Part shown: in pieces, positions 62,047 to 64,000 of the stretch
How positions within the stretch are numbered: position 1 is the stretch's first letter
How the letters are laid out: each line of letters opens with the position of its first letter
Assembly (NCBI GenBank): GCA_964479535.1
Contig: CAYZMM010000003.1
Span: forward strand, 193,467-257,466
Direction of reading: 5' to 3'
From: an uncultured Thermodesulfobacteriota bacterium
GTDB lineage: Bacteria > Desulfobacterota > DSWW01
Length of the DNA stretch: 64,000 bases
Program-made: the position numbers and the translations under genes
The notes under the pieces: model-generated
What the model was told of the DNA's origin: nothing
The model's database searches: none
The model's input: the letters and a program-made list of their open reading frames with translations, nothing else

Positions 62047-63735
62047 ATGCCCAACCACGTTTCGATAGGCCGATACCTTCTTCAACGACTGTACGAAAAG
62101 AACGTTCACCACATCTTCGGCATTCCGGGGGACTACGTGCTCGGGTTCTACCATCTGATGGAACAGAGCCCCATCCAGCACGTCGGCACCTGCCGCGAGG
62201 ACGGGGCAGGTTTTGCCGCGGACGCCTACGCGCGGGTCAAGGGGCTCGGAGCCGTCTGCGTGACCTATTGCGTGGGCGGCCTGAACCTCACGAACGCCGT
62301 TGCAGGGGCGTATGCGGAGAAGTCGCCGGTCATCGTCATCAGCGGGGCCCCGGGTGTGAAAGAGCGGGAGCGAAACCCTCTGCTCCATCACCGGGTACGG
62401 GAGTTCTCCACACAGCAGGAGATCTTCCGTCACATCACGGTGGCGCACACGGCCCTCGAGGACCCGATCACCGCCTACCGGGAGGTCGACCGGGTCTTCG
62501 ACGCGGTGGAGCGGTACAAACGTCCCGGCTACATCGAGATTCCGTGGGACATGGTCGACCGGGAAGCGCCGCACCGTCGCGTCCCCGTGGACATCGCCGA
62601 ACTGACGGACATGTGCGCCCTGGAGGAATGCATGGAAGAGGCCGTCGCCATGCTGAACCGCGCGGAGCAGCCCGTGATCCTGGCCGGCGTCGAGCTGCAC
62701 CGCTTCGGCCTGCAGGACGCTCTGGTCCAGTTCGCCGAGGAGAAGCAGATACCGGTGGCGGCCACCATCCTGGGCAAGTCGGTCATGAGCGAATCGCACC
62801 CTCTCTACCTGGGTATCTACGAGGGCGCCATGGGCAGGGCCGAGGTTCAGGACTATGTGGAATCCTCCGACTGCGTCCTCATCCTCGGCGCCTTCATGAC
62901 CGACATCAACCTGGGTGTCTACACGGCCAGCCTCGACCCGGCCAGCACCATCTGCGCCACGTCCGAGCGTTTGTCGGTCAAGCACCATTCGTTTCACGAT
63001 ATACCCTTCCGGTCCTTCATGGCCGCGCTGGAGAGGGCGGCCGTCCATGAACGGCAGAAGCCCGAACTGCCCCTCCGTCCGGAAGAACACCCGGACGAGC
63101 CGAAGCCGGACGAACCGATCACCGTCAAGGGGCTCTTCCACGAAGTGGACCGGCACCTGACAGCCGATACGATCGTGGTCTCCGACGTGGGCGACTGCCT
63201 GTTCGGTTCCGTGGACCTGAGGATCCACCGCAAGACCGAGTATCTCTGCCCTGCCTATTACACCTCCATGGGGTTCGCCGTGCCGGGCTCCGTCGGGGCC
63301 CAGCTGGCCGAACCGAACCAGAGGCCCCTCGTGCTGGTCGGGGACGGTGCCTTTCAGATGACCGGGCTGGAGCTTTCCACGGTTGCGAGGTACGGGTTGA
63401 ATCCGGTCGTTCTCGTCCTGAACAACCGCGGATACGCGACGGAACGGCAGATCAAGGACGGCCCCTTCAACGACGTTCACGGATGGGAGTACAGTCAGGT
63501 GCCGGTCCTGCTGAACCGGGGCCGGGGATTCGTGGCAAGCACCGCGGGTGAGCTGCGTGAAGCCCTGACCACCGCATTCGCGTACAGGGACAGCTTCAGC
63601 ATCGTCGACGTGCACCTCGATCCCTACGACAAGTCGCCCGCCATGGAGAGACTGGCGAAACGCCTCGCCGAGAGAACCGACGGAGAGCCGCCGGCCACGC
63701 AGGCCGAGGAGCCACGCCGGGGACGACCCCGGTGA
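62047..63735 (+). CDS. thiamine-pyrophosphate-dependent alpha-keto acid decarboxylase (indolepyruvate/pyruvate decarboxylase family)
   Basis: TPP Pyr N-domain, central domain, C-terminal GDG-x24-NN TPP-binding motif (VGDGAFQMTGLEL...VLNNRGY). AAGGAG RBS. Confidence 0.85.
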   Translation: MPNHVSIGRYLLQRLYEKNVHHIFGIPGDYVLGFYHLMEQSPIQHVGTCREDGAGFAADAYARVKGLGAVCVTYCVGGLNLTNAVAGAYAEKSPVIVISGAPGVKERERNPLLHHRVREFSTQQEIFRHITVAHTALEDPITAYREVDRVFDAVERYKRPGYIEIPWDMVDREAPHRRVPVDIAELTDMCALEECMEEAVAMLNRAEQPVILAGVELHRFGLQDALVQFAEEKQIPVAATILGKSVMSESHPLYLGIYEGAMGRAEVQDYVESSDCVLILGAFMTDINLGVYTASLDPASTICATSERLSVKHHSFHDIPFRSFMAALERAAVHERQKPELPLRPEEHPDEPKPDEPITVKGLFHEVDRHLTADTIVVSDVGDCLFGSVDLRIHRKTEYLCPAYYTSMGFAVPGSVGAQLAEPNQRPLVLVGDGAFQMTGLELSTVARYGLNPVVLVLNNRGYATERQIKDGPFNDVHGWEYSQVPVLLNRGRGFVASTAGELREALTTAFAYRDSFSIVDVHLDPYDKSPAMERLAKRLAERTDGEPPATQAEEPRRGRPR

Positions 63736-63787
63736 GAAACCCCAAGGCGGGGGCAGGCGGCGGGCTCCAAGAGAAACGGAGAGAAAA

Positions 63788-64000
63788 ATGTCGCAAGCCT
63801 TGCACGCTGCAGTCGAATTCGGCGAAAAGCTGCAGCACATATGCATCACCACCGCGGATCGAAAAGGGCTCCCTCACGTGGCGGCCGCGGACGGCATACG
63901 GCTCGGAGAAGAAGGATCCTTTCATCTGACCGGCTGGTATTGTGAAACGACGGCACGCAACCTGGAGGAAAACCCCCTGATTTCGGTCGTGCTCTGGGAC
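63788..64000 (+). CDS. pyridoxamine-5'-phosphate-oxidase-like FMN-binding split-barrel protein (5' part)
   Basis: MSQALHAAVEFGEKLQHICITTADRKGLPHVAAADGIRL... after a GGAGAG RBS. Runs off the window. Confidence 0.45.
   Translation, partial: MSQALHAAVEFGEKLQHICITTADRKGLPHVAAADGIRLGEEGSFHLTGWYCETTARNLEENPLISVVLWD

Overview
This is a GC-rich (~65-67%) chromosomal segment from a bacterium that looks like a nitrate-respiring anaerobe or facultative anaerobe. It is densely coding. High GC produces many long spurious antisense ORFs, which I rejected.

Recognisable content, in order:
- A partial NUDIX gene, a fused MFS/spermidine-synthase-like protein, and an exported protein-L-isoaspartate methyltransferase.
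- A three-gene operon of small secreted proteins that begins with a 56-aa double zinc-ribbon protein missing from the ORF track.
- An OpuC/OpuB-type osmoprotectant ABC transporter preceded by a perfect 38-bp palindrome.
- Archaeal-type phosphoglycerate mutase and a BBE-like FAD oxidase.
- A complete respiratory nitrate reductase locus narGHJI-narK, followed by an uncharacterised radical SAM gene and arfB.
- USP, an EEP nuclease/phosphatase, and an RND efflux locus (MFP intact; the RND permease and a convergent TolC-like gene both truncated by deletions).
- AKR, an M50/CBS protease, nicotinamidase, ligA and slp.
- A ~13-kb stretch (about 23.3-36.4 kb) with at least eight clean gene remnants: RND, TolC, Lon-like, P1B-ATPase, CorC, ADP-forming ACS, UPF0182 and a frameshifted Pta-N/DRTGG gene.
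- Ferritin-like, Rieske-FAD reductase, and a receiver / zincin-peptidase / ATP-grasp / EEP cluster.
- A sigma54-promoted LolA-like gene, a sigma70-family factor, aconitase and MscS.
- An ECF sigma operon with an unusual HPF-cold-shock-domain fusion and an FKBP PPIase.
- ALDH, the prkA-yeaH-spoVR stress operon, a dual-specificity phosphatase, SDR, thiolase and a TPP-dependent decarboxylase.

Most notable: a 17-bp palindrome TGTGC-N7-GCACA recurs 7 times exactly and 4 times as near-variants, always in promoter regions. This points to an unidentified global regulator.

No tRNA/rRNA genes, CRISPR arrays, transposases or integrases were seen.
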